DNA of 64,000 nucleotides, from positions 91,078,001-91,142,000 of the forward strand of contig NC_042997.1 of assembly GCF_006345805.1 (NCBI RefSeq), in the 5' to 3' direction. Positions within the stretch are counted from its first letter, which is position 1. The number at the start of each line of letters is the position of its first letter. The notes beneath the pieces were generated by a model. It saw nothing but the letters and a program-made list of their open reading frames with translations. It was not told the DNA's origin and ran no database searches. This stretch comes from Octopus sinensis. Lineage: Eukaryota. Shown in pieces: positions 1 to 11,744 of this stretch. A program made the position numbers and the translations under genes.

Positions 1-912
1 TATGTGGCCAAGCATTATCCTGATAGAACACCTTTTGTCTTGAACACAAAGATGGTTGTTTTTCTTCTAACACTGACTTAAGCTGCTCACAGTAGATCTC
101 TTTTGTTACCATTTGGTCTGGGTTTAAAAGTTCAAAGTGGACTAAACCTTTCATATCCCACCAAACAGATAACAACATCTTACATGGGTGATGACCTTCT
201 TTAACCTGGAGTGCTTGTGTTTCTCCTTTCCCTACTCACTCTCTTCGGTGCTTGACATTTTTATAGAGAACCCATTTCTCATCCCCAGTTACTATTTGGT
301 TCAAAACAGATTCATTCGTGAGACGTGACAGCAGTGAGGAGCACACATTCACTTTCTGCATGTGATTAGACTTGGAAAATTTGTGGGGAGCCCATTGACT
401 CAATTTGCTGACTTTTCCAATGGCACACAGGTGTCGATGAATGGTTGAATGACCAAATCCAAGCTTCTCTGCTAGTTTCTCAAAAGTTACAATGGGATTT
501 TGTTCCACCAGAGTTTGCAAGATATCCTTGTTGAGCTCTAAAGATCTTCCCGGACAAGGCTCATCTTCTAGGCTGTGGTTTCTGGCTCAGAGTTTGTGGA
601 ACCACTGTTGACATTTTAAGCTTATTGTCTGGTCCCTGTATACTGTATTAATATTCTTTGCACTTTCCATTGTGTTGTTGCCTTTATTGAACTCATAAAG
701 CAAAATATGCTGAATTTGCTTCTTTGTTACTTCCATTATGGCTTTGTAAAAATAACTGTTAAAATCAAACTGCACTCTTCAAAACTTGCACTAAGAATAA
801 GGACATGGTGAAATTACTACATGCTTTTATAGCAGATTGATGCAGGTAGTTTATCCCATCCCTCTCCTACATGCAATTGAAAAAGCCGTATTATTTATGG
901 GATGACCCAATT
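1..912 (-). mobile_element. Degenerate mariner (Tc1/mariner) transposon, running off the left window edge
   Basis: Minus-strand translation gives GDEKWVLYKN, MLLSVWWDMKG and YQDNAWPH (mariner catalytic motifs), broken by stops and frameshifts. A TIR-like end (ttgggtcatcccataaataat on -) lies at ~885-912 next to a TA run. Confidence 0.9.
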
Positions 913-1164
913 TATATATATAAAAGTAATCTTTCAATATTAGCACATCATCATCTGTCCTCTTTTTCTTTATCTATATAATGAAGGAATGTTGTGTGGG
1001 TAAATGACATTGTCCACTAATACCAAAGGATTGCCAACACACACACACACAGGGCGACTTCAGGACACTGAATCTTACAGAGGAAATGACAGAAATATCT
1101 TGCTGCACTCAAGGCCTATTGTCCACTGCAGTGTTTATGGCACTCCTCTGATGAAAAGAATTGA

Positions 1165-1420
1165 CCTGCCAGAGCCTTGTACTCGTGCCACATAAAAAGC
1201 ACTTGTGTTGGCGCCATGTAAAAGCACTTTTGGCAGTGCCACTTTAGAGGTGCCTAGCACACTCTGCAAAAAGATTGGCATTAGGAAAGGCATCCAGCTG
1301 TACAAACCAAGCCAAATCAGACTTGAACTGGGTGCAGCTCTCCTACTTGCTTGCTGTGGTCAAACCATCCAGCCATGCCAGCATGGAAAACGGATGTTAT
1401 AGCCTGATGATGATGATGAT
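1165..1420 (+). mobile_element. RTE-LINE 3' UTR/tail fragment (or SINE sharing that tail)
   Basis: Matches the 3' end of the RTE at 58114-60146 (ggcattaggaaaggcatccagctgta...ccatgccagcatggaaaacgga) and ends in (GAT)n. Confidence 0.8.
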
Positions 1421-2249
1421 ATATATATATATAGGGTGCGGTGAATAAACCATTGTCTAAATTACACAAAAATGACAATAACAGTGACATCTCATCTTAA
1501 CAGATATATTTACCAGAATTACCGTTAGAAATAAGGACTAAATCTCCCTCAGATATACTCTACCATATTGACTGTCAGAAGCAAAAATAAAGATGTGTGA
1601 AATGACTTTGATTTGCTTCATTTGAGCCAACTTGGTACTAAACTGGAGCATGCATACACATACACTCAATGTTATAACTCCAGGTTAATTATATATCGAA
1701 CGGTTACGTACTCTCTATTTCATTCCCCCAACAACACTTATATCATCTTAGATGTTTTATATCAACCTCATTCTGAATCCATTTATGTATATAACTCATA
1801 ACAAAGGCCATGTGTATGGTGTTACTAGCAGGAGGGCATGTATCATTTTTACAAATCTTAAGAGAATATTATTGCTTCACATTTCTTTAACACAAATTTT
1901 ACTACAGCCGATAAGACTAAATAGTTATTCGATCTGTTAGATATAGCAGCTAATTCTCTCTTATATCATACCCTCCATCTTAAAACTAACATATCATAGG
2001 TGCAGCAACGAAATTCGCTTAGGGGCTGCAAACTCTGCTCTAAAATTTTTAACGAATAAGGTTGATTTATTTTCAATCTTAATATCAAAACTAACACAGG
2101 TCGACTTTGCCTTTCATCTTTCTGGGGTCGATGTAATCGACTTGTCCCCTACCCACTAATTTGAGGCTTTGTGCCTACAGTAGGAAGGATTATTTTATTT
2201 GTACATCAATCAAATCAGATAAATCCAATAATGGAAAAGTAATATTTCA

Positions 2250-2421
2250 GGATCTTTTCGGTTTGAACGGCAGTTTTTAAAAATAATTTCCACGTAACTA
2301 AACACTTTTAAACTTCGTATACTGGTAGAATGTGTTTATAAAACATCTTTTTCTCTTGGCTTTATTGAGAAAATTCTATAGTTTGTAAGATATTTGTTGT
2401 TTTTTTTCTTCAATTTCTGCA
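2250..2421 (-). mobile_element. Truncated copy of the Merlin-like MITE family at 6912-7304
   Basis: Starts with the same TIR, GGATCTTTTCGGTTTGAACGGCAGTTTTT, and is the reverse complement of ~7140-7304. Confidence 0.85.
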
Positions 2422-2776
2422 GGCCTAACGTCAACAATGATAAGTACCGATACCACTAGCGTAGCTAGAGTGTGTACCGCCAGGAGCGGCCCTTCCGTTT
2501 TCCAGCCCCGGACCTCACGAAAAACACATAATTACCTACTCTAGTGACCGGCACTGTATTATCTGGTTCGAGTGCCGATGTCATATTTAGCGATCGTATG
2601 GGAGAGAGAATAAATAATATTTACGTGGTTGTAAAGGAGAAATCTAATGGAACTTAAATTATATTTTTGGAATGAAAGCGTTCTATGAGCTGTTAAAAAT
2701 CTGTTTATCATAATTTCCTAGAGCGTGTATGGTAACGTTACATGTTTCCTCATACAACTTATTGGTCCCATCGCCG

Positions 2777-2975
2777 GGCGAAATGCGTAGCCGTATTTCG
2801 TCTGTCGTTACGTTGTGAGTTCAAATTCCGCCGAGGCCGACTTTGCCTTTCATCCTTTTGGGATCGATAAATTAAGTACCAGTTACGCACTGGGGTCGAT
2901 GTAAACTACTTAATCCCTTTGTCTGACCTTGTTTGTCCCCTCTATGTTTGGCCCCTTGTGGGCAATAAAGAAATA
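2777..2975 (+). mobile_element. SINE (tRNA-derived family)
   Basis: Contains a B-box-like GAGTTCAAATTCC and the core gactttgcctttcatcc...taagtaccag...ggggtcgat, which recurs at ~2100, ~5600 (-), ~14290 and ~42930. Confidence 0.75.
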
Positions 2976-3670
2976 TATTAATTACAGCAGTAACAATCCA
3001 GAGTGTAGTTTATTTTAAACTTTATCACACACGTGGATTGGGGTTTTCGCGTTTATAAACAATTAGAACATGGTAAAATAGGAATTTAGTGTGTCTTATT
3101 TTATTGTAATACATTTATTCTTCTATAAACATACTACTTTATTAATACTATTACACGCGCACGTTAAGCGCACAATTACAATATATATAAATATGCACAT
3201 AAAAAGTCTTAATTCCACATGTGTCACTAGAACAGATTGGTTAACATACATATCTCTCTGTATCCCCCCACTCTCTCTCTCTATATATCCCCTCTCTGTA
3301 TATGTGAGTATCTGTATATAAGATTCAGTTGAATTAGGTACTTAAATTGAGGCACCTCGTTAGGTCGGAATAATATACACAACAATATTATGTAAATATC
3401 AAACTTGGTTCAGGAGTACGGGCAGAATGATATTCATGCAGTGTATGTAGACAATTAGACCCAGCTGAGTAAAGAAATCCGCTCTTGAGCTATTCAGACA
3501 TGTACATTATATTAAATATACGGCGATCTTTCGTTTGTAGTAGCACGTTTCCGTCGATGATTTCCGTAAAAAACTATCGCCAAATATACAATCCGTAAAA
3601 TTTACGAAGGGCAGATATGTGTGTGTGTGTGTGTGTGTGTAAATATATATGAGAGAGAGGTGGGGGAGAA

Positions 3671-3849
3671 TAAGCCTACACTAGTGTGCCCCTCTATCGA
3701 CTTTGTTTCCTCATAACTTTCAGAAAAATGAATATTTTAAAATTCCGATTTAATCGTAATATACATCTGCAAAATATAGAAAATTTCATTTAGAAATAAA
3801 GTTATGAGGAAACAAACTCGAGTGGGGCACACATGTGCAAGTAGGCTTA
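3671..3849. mobile_element. MITE with ~50-bp imperfect terminal inverted repeats
   Basis: taagcctac..gtgtgcccc..tttgtttcctcataacttt is mirrored by aaagttatgaggaaacaaa..ggggcacac..gtaggctta. Confidence 0.7.
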
Positions 3850-6289
3850 CACTATTTCAATCCACTCGTTATTTAGACCCCACTCCCCATTTCTCTCTGT
3901 ATTCCTCTCCCTAGACACAAAGTCGCGTCCTCAACGCCAGATATATATGCCAAAGAGACCGTATTATGTCACGCTGAGTTTGAAGAGTGAAAAATGGGTT
4001 TGGCATGGTTGTTGAAATGTAAACATGTGTTTGTCAGCTTACTTGTTGCAGTCTGTGGTAGATAGGGTGGTGACAAGTAGGGGTTGTAGTCATAGGAAGG
4101 CGAAGTGAAGGAAAAATAGTATTTATAAATTGGTGAAGTGAGAAACAATTGAAGTGAAAATTTCCTCACATGTTTGCACATGCGGAGAGCGACTAGTTCA
4201 TCCTGTTTTGTGTTTTAGGTCAAACTATCGACTAGAACACGCAGAAGTAGTGAACTTATAGTAACAGTAGTTCTTTAAATGGAATGTTCTGGTTGTTGAT
4301 TAGCTCCAAGTCAGTCCTGATTTTGTAAACCTATCATCAAAAACATTCCAACCGTGGCCATCCCCACCTTTATACAAGCATATAATCACGACTACATACA
4401 TTATCCAGTGTTCCATTTTAAGATAATAGGATCTCACTTGAGGGCGGTTTGGCTTCCGTTTCTAGCAGTTTCAATGACTATGTAGGGGATCTATCATTGT
4501 GTAGTGCGGTGAGCCATCGTCTAGCTGACCTGTGACACGTATACCGACTGTTGTGTTTTAGCCACAGGTTAGTTCCTATCGAGCAGGCTTTTGATGAAAG
4601 GTGTGACCAACACATTTTTGGTGTCCACTGTACATGATCAACCTATTTTTTCCTCGTATTCACTGTATCTAAGACAATATTATCCGATGTGGGTTTTTAT
4701 TTTTTGTTATTTAAACAGTAGGCTCTGATTTGGTTATTATTTATAGTAGGTCAAGCAACTACGCATTGTCGAATGATTACGGGCTTTCCACTCGATCTGT
4801 TGCGCTGTATTATTATATCATCGTTTTTTGATAGTTTTGACTGCAGTCCGCACACCCTCCACTGTCCATCGTATAAATATGTAGGTTCTGATATTTACAT
4901 TTGCTTGTGACATAACTGTTGCTGCCTGTTCTTCGACTCTAGTGACGTATATCAAAACAGATTTGTGGACTATAATGAGGAGGCTTGTCTGTTTGTTTGC
5001 GAATTCTGTGCTTGAATGCTCCTTTTTGACATTTTTTTCTAGCTTGATGTTTATACGTTTTTTCCCCTCTCTAGATATTTATCGTTCAATGAGCATTTAA
5101 GTCGTGACCATTCAATCTAGTTTTCATGTGTTGGTTCTTTTGTAAGGTTACTTTAATATTTTACTTTCTTTTTATAGTCACAGAATGATTTGAATATTTT
5201 GTTAACTCTAGCAAGTCTTAGAGACTCTAGATCTTAGTTGTGAACACGACTTCCATTAGTGCTTCCTATTTCAGCTTGACCTTTTTACTTAGCGATTTAT
5301 TTGCTAACATTTCGACAGTGTTGATTGAGCTAACCTGTAATCAAAAGTGCCAGCGTGACCGTTCCATTTTTTCATGTTTTTGAGACATTATCTTATTTTG
5401 GCTGTTATTTCTAGCATTTCCAGCGACCACGAAGAAGTTTCTTTCGTTTGCTTACCGACAAATTCGTGAAAGGCAGGGACACGCCCTAAATTAATTTTCA
5501 TAATTACCGATGAAAATATTGATTTCTAGCAATAGGCACAAGGCCTCGAATTTGGAGGCGAGGTATATTTAATTATATGGATCAGTATTCGATTGGCACT
5601 TTACTTTAGATCTTAGGAGGATGAAAGGCAAAGTTGACTTGTTAATGAAAATAGCTTCTTTTTTTTTTATTGAACCTCTGCAACCTATGTTGACATCTTA
5701 AGCTAGTAGTAAATAATTGCCATTCTTATCTGATGTGGCGGCACGTTGTATCGATTATAGCTTATTCCATCTCTATTAATGCGTTCATACATTGTTTATT
5801 TTTTTGTATTTTTTTTATTTACACGGCCACATACGTAGCCAATTGAATCGGTCTGGTATATTCCAGATACTTTTTTTTTTGACCCGGCGACTTTTGGCTC
5901 ATATCCACCCGATGTCATTTTTGTCTTTCATTTCTGCTCAGTTTCTTGAATCTGTGTCAGATATTTACGTAAGTCGATGCAACCCAATTTGTTGCTTTGT
6001 GGTATTATTTAAATCAATGTATGAGCGACCCAGTTTCTGTTCTCAATTGGGACTATGTTTCACTTAGGAAGCTAATGCCATGGAAAATGCATGAATGTTC
6101 CAAAATCCCTCAAATTACTATTGCGCAGATACATTTGTATGTGCATATCGCATTTGTTACCTCAATGATAGATATTTTCTAACTTTATCTTGAGCCACTG
6201 TTCAAAATGTTGTAAACCATTATATATCAGGAATTAGTAAAGGCAAAAAACAAAATAAGCTATATTGTTTGTGTACTACTATCAACAGT

Positions 6290-6610
6290 AGTGGAAAATC
6301 CTCTGCTTCCCAGCTACATGGTTCCAAGTTCAGTCCCACAGCGTGACACATTGGGCAAGTGTCTTCTACTATAGCCTCGGGCCGACCAAAGACTTGTGAT
6401 TGGATTTGGTGGACGGAAGCTGAAAGAAGCCCGTCGTATGTATGTGTGTGTGTCCACCACTGCTTGACAAACGGTGTTGGTGTGTTTACATCCCTGTAAC
6501 TTAGCGGTTTGGCAAGAGACCGATAGAATAAGTACTAGATTTAAAAAAATAAATCCTGGGGTCGATTTGTTCGACTAAAACCCTCCAGTGCAGTGAAACA
6601 AGTAAAAGAT
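6290..6610 (+). mobile_element. SINE, second family
   Basis: Shares gggcaagtgtcttctactatagcctcgggccgaccaaag...gaaagaagccc...gatagaataagtac with copies at 8095-8476, 14863-15260 and 41525-41825. Confidence 0.75.
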
Positions 6611-6911
6611 AAAAGATATGTACTTTATCTAGTGAAACTGTAGTGAGATGTCGGAGGATGTACCATTATTATGAAGTACAGTTTTGGCGGGCGGGGTGGG
6701 GGACGGCTGCAGTTAAATAACTGTCAAATTACATGATGGAAGAGTGAGGTCTGTGCTAAATCCCTCGCGTGGTTAACTTTTTTTTTCTTTCTTTAAAGAT
6801 ATAGTGTTAGTTACTGAATGTTTCTCTCACGAAATTGATCCGATCTTTCTGGAAACATCTGATAGACTACAATAATAAATGAAGGCAAAACACTGTATCA
6901 AATGAATTGTC

Positions 6912-7304
6912 GGATCTTTTCGGTTTGAACGGCAGTTTTTTCTAGCGGTGTCATATGAAATTGTCACCTATGACTCTAGTATCGATCTATTGCATTTCAA
7001 TCTGTTTTAGGGTTAGGGGTGGGGGAAGGGTATCTTTTTTTCTTCACAAATCTAAATAAACCCAATCTGTTTCTTAAACGAGGGACATATTCATACGGCA
7101 CAGAATGTTTTCACTTCAACAGACGTATTTGATTGGTTGAAATTGCAGAAAAAGAACAACAAATATCTTACAAACTATAGAATTTTCTCAATAAAGCCAA
7201 GAGAAAAAGATGTTTATAAACACATTCTACCAGTATACGAAGTTTAAAAGTGTTTAGTTACCTAGAAATTATGTTGAAAACTGCCGTTCAAACCGAAAAG
7301 ATCC
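6912..7304. mobile_element. Complete MITE with ~28-bp TIRs (5'-GG ends) and an 8-bp TSD; Merlin-like
   Basis: TIR GGATCTTTTCGGTTTGAACGGCAGTTTT at both ends. Exact direct repeat GAATTGTC at 6904-6911 and 7305-7312. Confidence 0.85.
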
Positions 7305-8094
7305 GAATTGTCTTGATTTTAATCTGCCATGGTAGGATTAAGATAGAAAAGGTTGATATCAAAGGAAAGAATAATTAAGCCAACTTCTATAACCGTTTCT
7401 TTTTTTTTTTTAATATATATCTCAACTCTCGTTATATTTGTGGTATTAGTAATCTTTCAGATAGAAACTGTTAAAAGAAACCTGCGAGTTTTTTCTGGCG
7501 GTGGGCAACACGGTACTGTTATTAACTTGACTGAAAGTGTAATTCTGTTAACATTGTTAAACATTGTTTACTCTGTCTTGTAGGGGTAGGAATCTTAATT
7601 GATATCGTATATAAACAATATTGATTTCTCTCACGTTGTCTTTTAGAGATTTGATTTTATGTAAGTTGCTGCTTTGTTGGATTGTGTTCGGGCTTAAACT
7701 GAGAAAGAGTGCATAGATGAAGGTGGAAGAACATTTAGATCTGATGTAGATTAGTCCTTGGATCGTTAAGGTTGATAGTTAATGGTAATCCTGACTGCGT
7801 TAGGCCAAATAGATTTTCTACGCGGTAATTAGATTAGATATTAAAATGTTAGGAGTAGATTAATTATACCAAACATTTTAAAAAGTAAGTTTATGTAGTT
7901 AGAGTATGCAAAATTTTACTTCAAAAGATAAATTGACGAAGAACTGAGTGGAACTGCCCATCGCAAACCCGCATAGGACAAGGGATATGTCATTTAGTTT
8001 AAAGGGATATTTTTTGTGTTATCTAGAGATTTTGCGTTTCTTATTACGATCACACAAACTTCGTCATTTTGGGTAATAAAATGTACTTTCTCGT

Positions 8095-8476
8095 TTGTTG
8101 CCCTTTATCGTTTACTTCTTTCAGTCATTGGACAGTGGCCATGCTAGGGCACCGCCTTGAAGGGTTTTAGTCGAACGAATCGACCCCATCGGTACTTATT
8201 TTTTAAAGCCTACTACTTATTCTATCGGCCTCTTATGCCGGAACGCTAAGTTACGAGGACGTAAACAAACCAACATCGGTTATCAAGTGAAGTGGGAGAC
8301 AAACATACAGGTCTATATATTTTACGACGGTCTTCTTTTCAGTTTCCACACACAAGTTTTTCGTTGAGCCGGTAGAACAGTAGAAAAAAAACTTGCCCAG
8401 GGTATCGCGCAGCAGAACTGAACCTGGAATCATGTTGTTGGGTAGCAAACTTCTTACCATACAGCCACACCTTCAT
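8095..8476 (-). mobile_element. SINE with tRNA-like head
   Basis: Minus strand begins ggtgtggctgtatggtaagaag...ccaggttcagttc (A/B-box-like) and continues into the shared body. Confidence 0.8.
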
Positions 8477-11447
8477 CAACTTAATTAAGCATGAAGAGGT
8501 GGTTAAGCGTTCAGTTTATAATGTCATCATAATGCTACTTTAGATTTAATAAATCACTTTCAGGGTTTGTTTGTTTCAATAATTTTATCAATTCACACAT
8601 GGCCGATCTTTTTTTTTTTTTTTTTTTTTCCTAATTTGTCTCACCAAGCTGCAATTTCTTTTGATTGATATTTCACACCATAATATTTTTATAATCTTGG
8701 GTTCTCACAAATTCTTACCTCACCTGCTAACACTGTCACTAACTGTCAATGCTTTGCGAGTGGGATTTGGCACAGGGTAATTGTGCGGAAGCGCGCGCGC
8801 GTTTTGTATCAATACACTACACGTCATTTTTCTTTTCCTTTTGTTTTCTGAACGGTAAAATAGACTTAATTGTGTTTATTTTTACTTTAGAACCTTAACT
8901 GAAGATCCTCTTTAATAAGCTGATCACAGTTAAATGATTGAACCCGTTTCGTTTACACTACCTCCAAAATCACGCTTCCTTCTCCCTTTTCTAAAATCCA
9001 CATGTGTCGCATGATAATGTAGATGGTAAGTCATGTTGACATATATTCTGTCAGAAGGGTTGCATGTAACATGTGTTATAAAACTATCATTGACTTAAAC
9101 ATTGTTTTCGGAAGCAGTCAGGCTAACTTTTTATTCAACTGTATCGATTGATCTCTACCTATATATAATATACTGTGTTGGAACAGCTTCGTTTCATTAT
9201 TTTAGTTCTGCCTCTTTCCGTCTGTTGCCGAAAACCACCGAAAATTTACCTTTACAGATAATTTTCTTCCTTCTGGTTTTCATCTTTCGTTAGCTTTTCC
9301 AACTTTCTAGTTCTCTATCCGAGCAGAAGATATTTTCTCACTTGTTTGTGTTAGCGAGGGAATGTTAATCAGAATCAGTGGCTCCGTTCCTCCATACCTT
9401 ATTTTCTGTATTTTTTGTGAAGGCATTCTCATAAAATGCAGGACTTTTCACCTTTAGATACATACAGGTTTCTCTGGCAATATAGGCTCTTCCCTATAAA
9501 CGTTGCTAATGACTGAATTTTTTCTGTAAAGCTATATACATTATTATGTATATATGAATTTGGGTTTTGGATAATCAATAAAATGTTTAAATTTGAATTA
9601 GTATTTTCACATCTCTTCAAATTAAGATAGGACAATACCATTAGCCTGTGCACTCTCTTGAGCCTAAATGGATCTTGAAAAAAAATGTGTTCAATCAAAT
9701 ACCAGTGCCTAAGCACATCAACAACAATACTACTACAATTTGAAGTCAGTAATAGAGCCCCTACATGGGCGCTCAATCTGCTTGAAATAGCAGCCAAATC
9801 TCTCTCTATCTTAAATAAATAAAAAAAAAAAGGATTCATTAAATAAGGTGGTTTACTGTCTGAGAAAAAGATGGTGATAACTGGACCGTTTTGATCATAA
9901 ATCTGCTTGACCAAAGCTGGTCTGAGGTTAAATAACAACACCATTAAAAATGTAAGTTCACTTATCATACACGTTTGCCACTTGAGATCAGAATTCTGAG
10001 CTGGGTCACCATCTTTCTTGTATTTCTGAATCCCTCTTGTTCAACACTACTGCAGCCACTGCCAAAACCTTTGAACACATGAACAGACTGGACTGCACAA
10101 GTGACTGTTCTAAATGCAATGACATTATGAAGAAGAGTGTGGCATGATCTCAGACTAAACAATAGTGGTAGATGAGATTTGCAAGGTCTATGGGTTTGAT
10201 TAGATACTGACTGCAGGCCAAGTGATTGGCAACAGAAAGGGCATCCAGCCATAGAAACCTTGCCACAGCAAATATTGGAGCATGAGGGACTTCTCTAACT
10301 TGTTAGATCCTGTCAAGCCATCCAAGACATGTCAGTATGGAATATGGACATTTGATGATGATGATGGCATGTGTGCACACACACACACACACATTATGCA
10401 TAAAACATACATCTGCATAGTTACCATACCAAATTCATTCACAATGGATTCACATAGCCTGGGACCATAGTGGAAGACACTTAAAGTGCCCCACTGTAGG
10501 ATTGAACTTGAAACCACAAGGTTGTGAAGCAAACTTCTTAATCACACAGCCATAACTGCGTTTGACTAAACAAAAAAAAAAGCAAAAACAAAAGAAAATT
10601 AACCTGTACAAGTAAAGCTAACTAGAGTGACTCAATAACCAGTTGAAGTGGAGGTTAACACAGGGAGAGAAAGACGTTTGTGTCATAACTATGTCGTTTT
10701 TCAGGTTTAATCCCACTATGCAGCAATATGTCTTCTACCATAGTCTTGGAACAGTGAAAACATTGTCAGTGAAATTTGATAGAAACATCTCATCACCACC
10801 ATCTTGCCTCCTTTCCCAGCTGAGGTAACCATGTATCTCCTGTACTGCAAGACCCATGTTCTTATCCCTCTATCATACTCTTGCTCCTCAACATCTGGCA
10901 TAAGTCACTTCCCTCAATACTACATCCACTCAATCAAAGGGTGTTGTCTTGCAAGCTACTTGGCAACTTTACCAGTGCTGGTAACAAGAAAACACACCCA
11001 GTACATTTGTAAAGTTGTTGGTGTTAGGAAGGACATACCAGCTGTAGAAGCCTTTCCAAAACAGAAGTTAGAGCTCAACACAATTCTCTGAGCTTTTGTA
11101 TCTTATCAAACCATCCAACATGGAATACGGATGCTAAATGATGAGAAACTAGGTCTTTACTCTTCTTAATTGGTAAACTTAATCTATCACCCAGTTTGAG
11201 TGCCTTTGTTGTGGATATTTAAGCCAGGTCATCAGCCTGGATAATTTCCATTACTCAAAGCTCCGAAACTGTCATGAATAATGTCTTTCCTGATTATTCT
11301 TTTTCATTTTACTTGTTTCCGTACTTATTTTAAATTTGATACTATTCTATCAATCTCTTTTGCTTAAATGCTAAGTTATGCAGATACAAGCAAACCAACA
11401 CCGGTGGTCAAGCAATGAGAGACAAACCTCTCTGGTACCCTCTAACC

Positions 11448-11744
11448 CAGGGGTTGGGGAACTTTTTTAGCCAATTACCCCAAAATATATTTTTTTACAC
11501 TGACATTACCCCCTTGATTTGGAAGGAAGAAAATCACAGATTCTTTGAATTCAAAAGGTTTATTGAATCTATTTATATGTCCATTACATTGGGCAGATGT
11601 AGCGTTGCCAGAAGAAAATTTTCTGTTGTAGTAAGGAACATGTTTTTTATGTAATTTTACTTATGTCTTATGAGTCCTCATTACCCACAAGAATTTCATT
11701 TTTACCCCAACTTGGGGTAATTTACTCCGATTTGCTAACCCCTG
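11448..11744. mobile_element. hAT-type MITE with an 8-bp TSD
   Basis: Termini CAGGGGTT...AACCCCTG. Exact TSD CTCTAACC at 11440-11447 and 11745-11752. Confidence 0.85.

Noticed and set aside
2548-2578. Hairpin containing GGTTCGAGT (tRNA T-loop-like)
   Set aside because: No cloverleaf, A box or acceptor stem.
7459-7520. IETVKRNL after an AG, resembling the MNT helix-1 ETLKRNI
   Set aside because: No basic region or second helix, and no suitable donor; chance similarity.
7647-7660. Second microexon candidate (ttttag|AGATTTGATTTTAT|gtaagt)
   Set aside because: 14 nt breaks frame; the 12-nt alternative contains TGA in phase 0.
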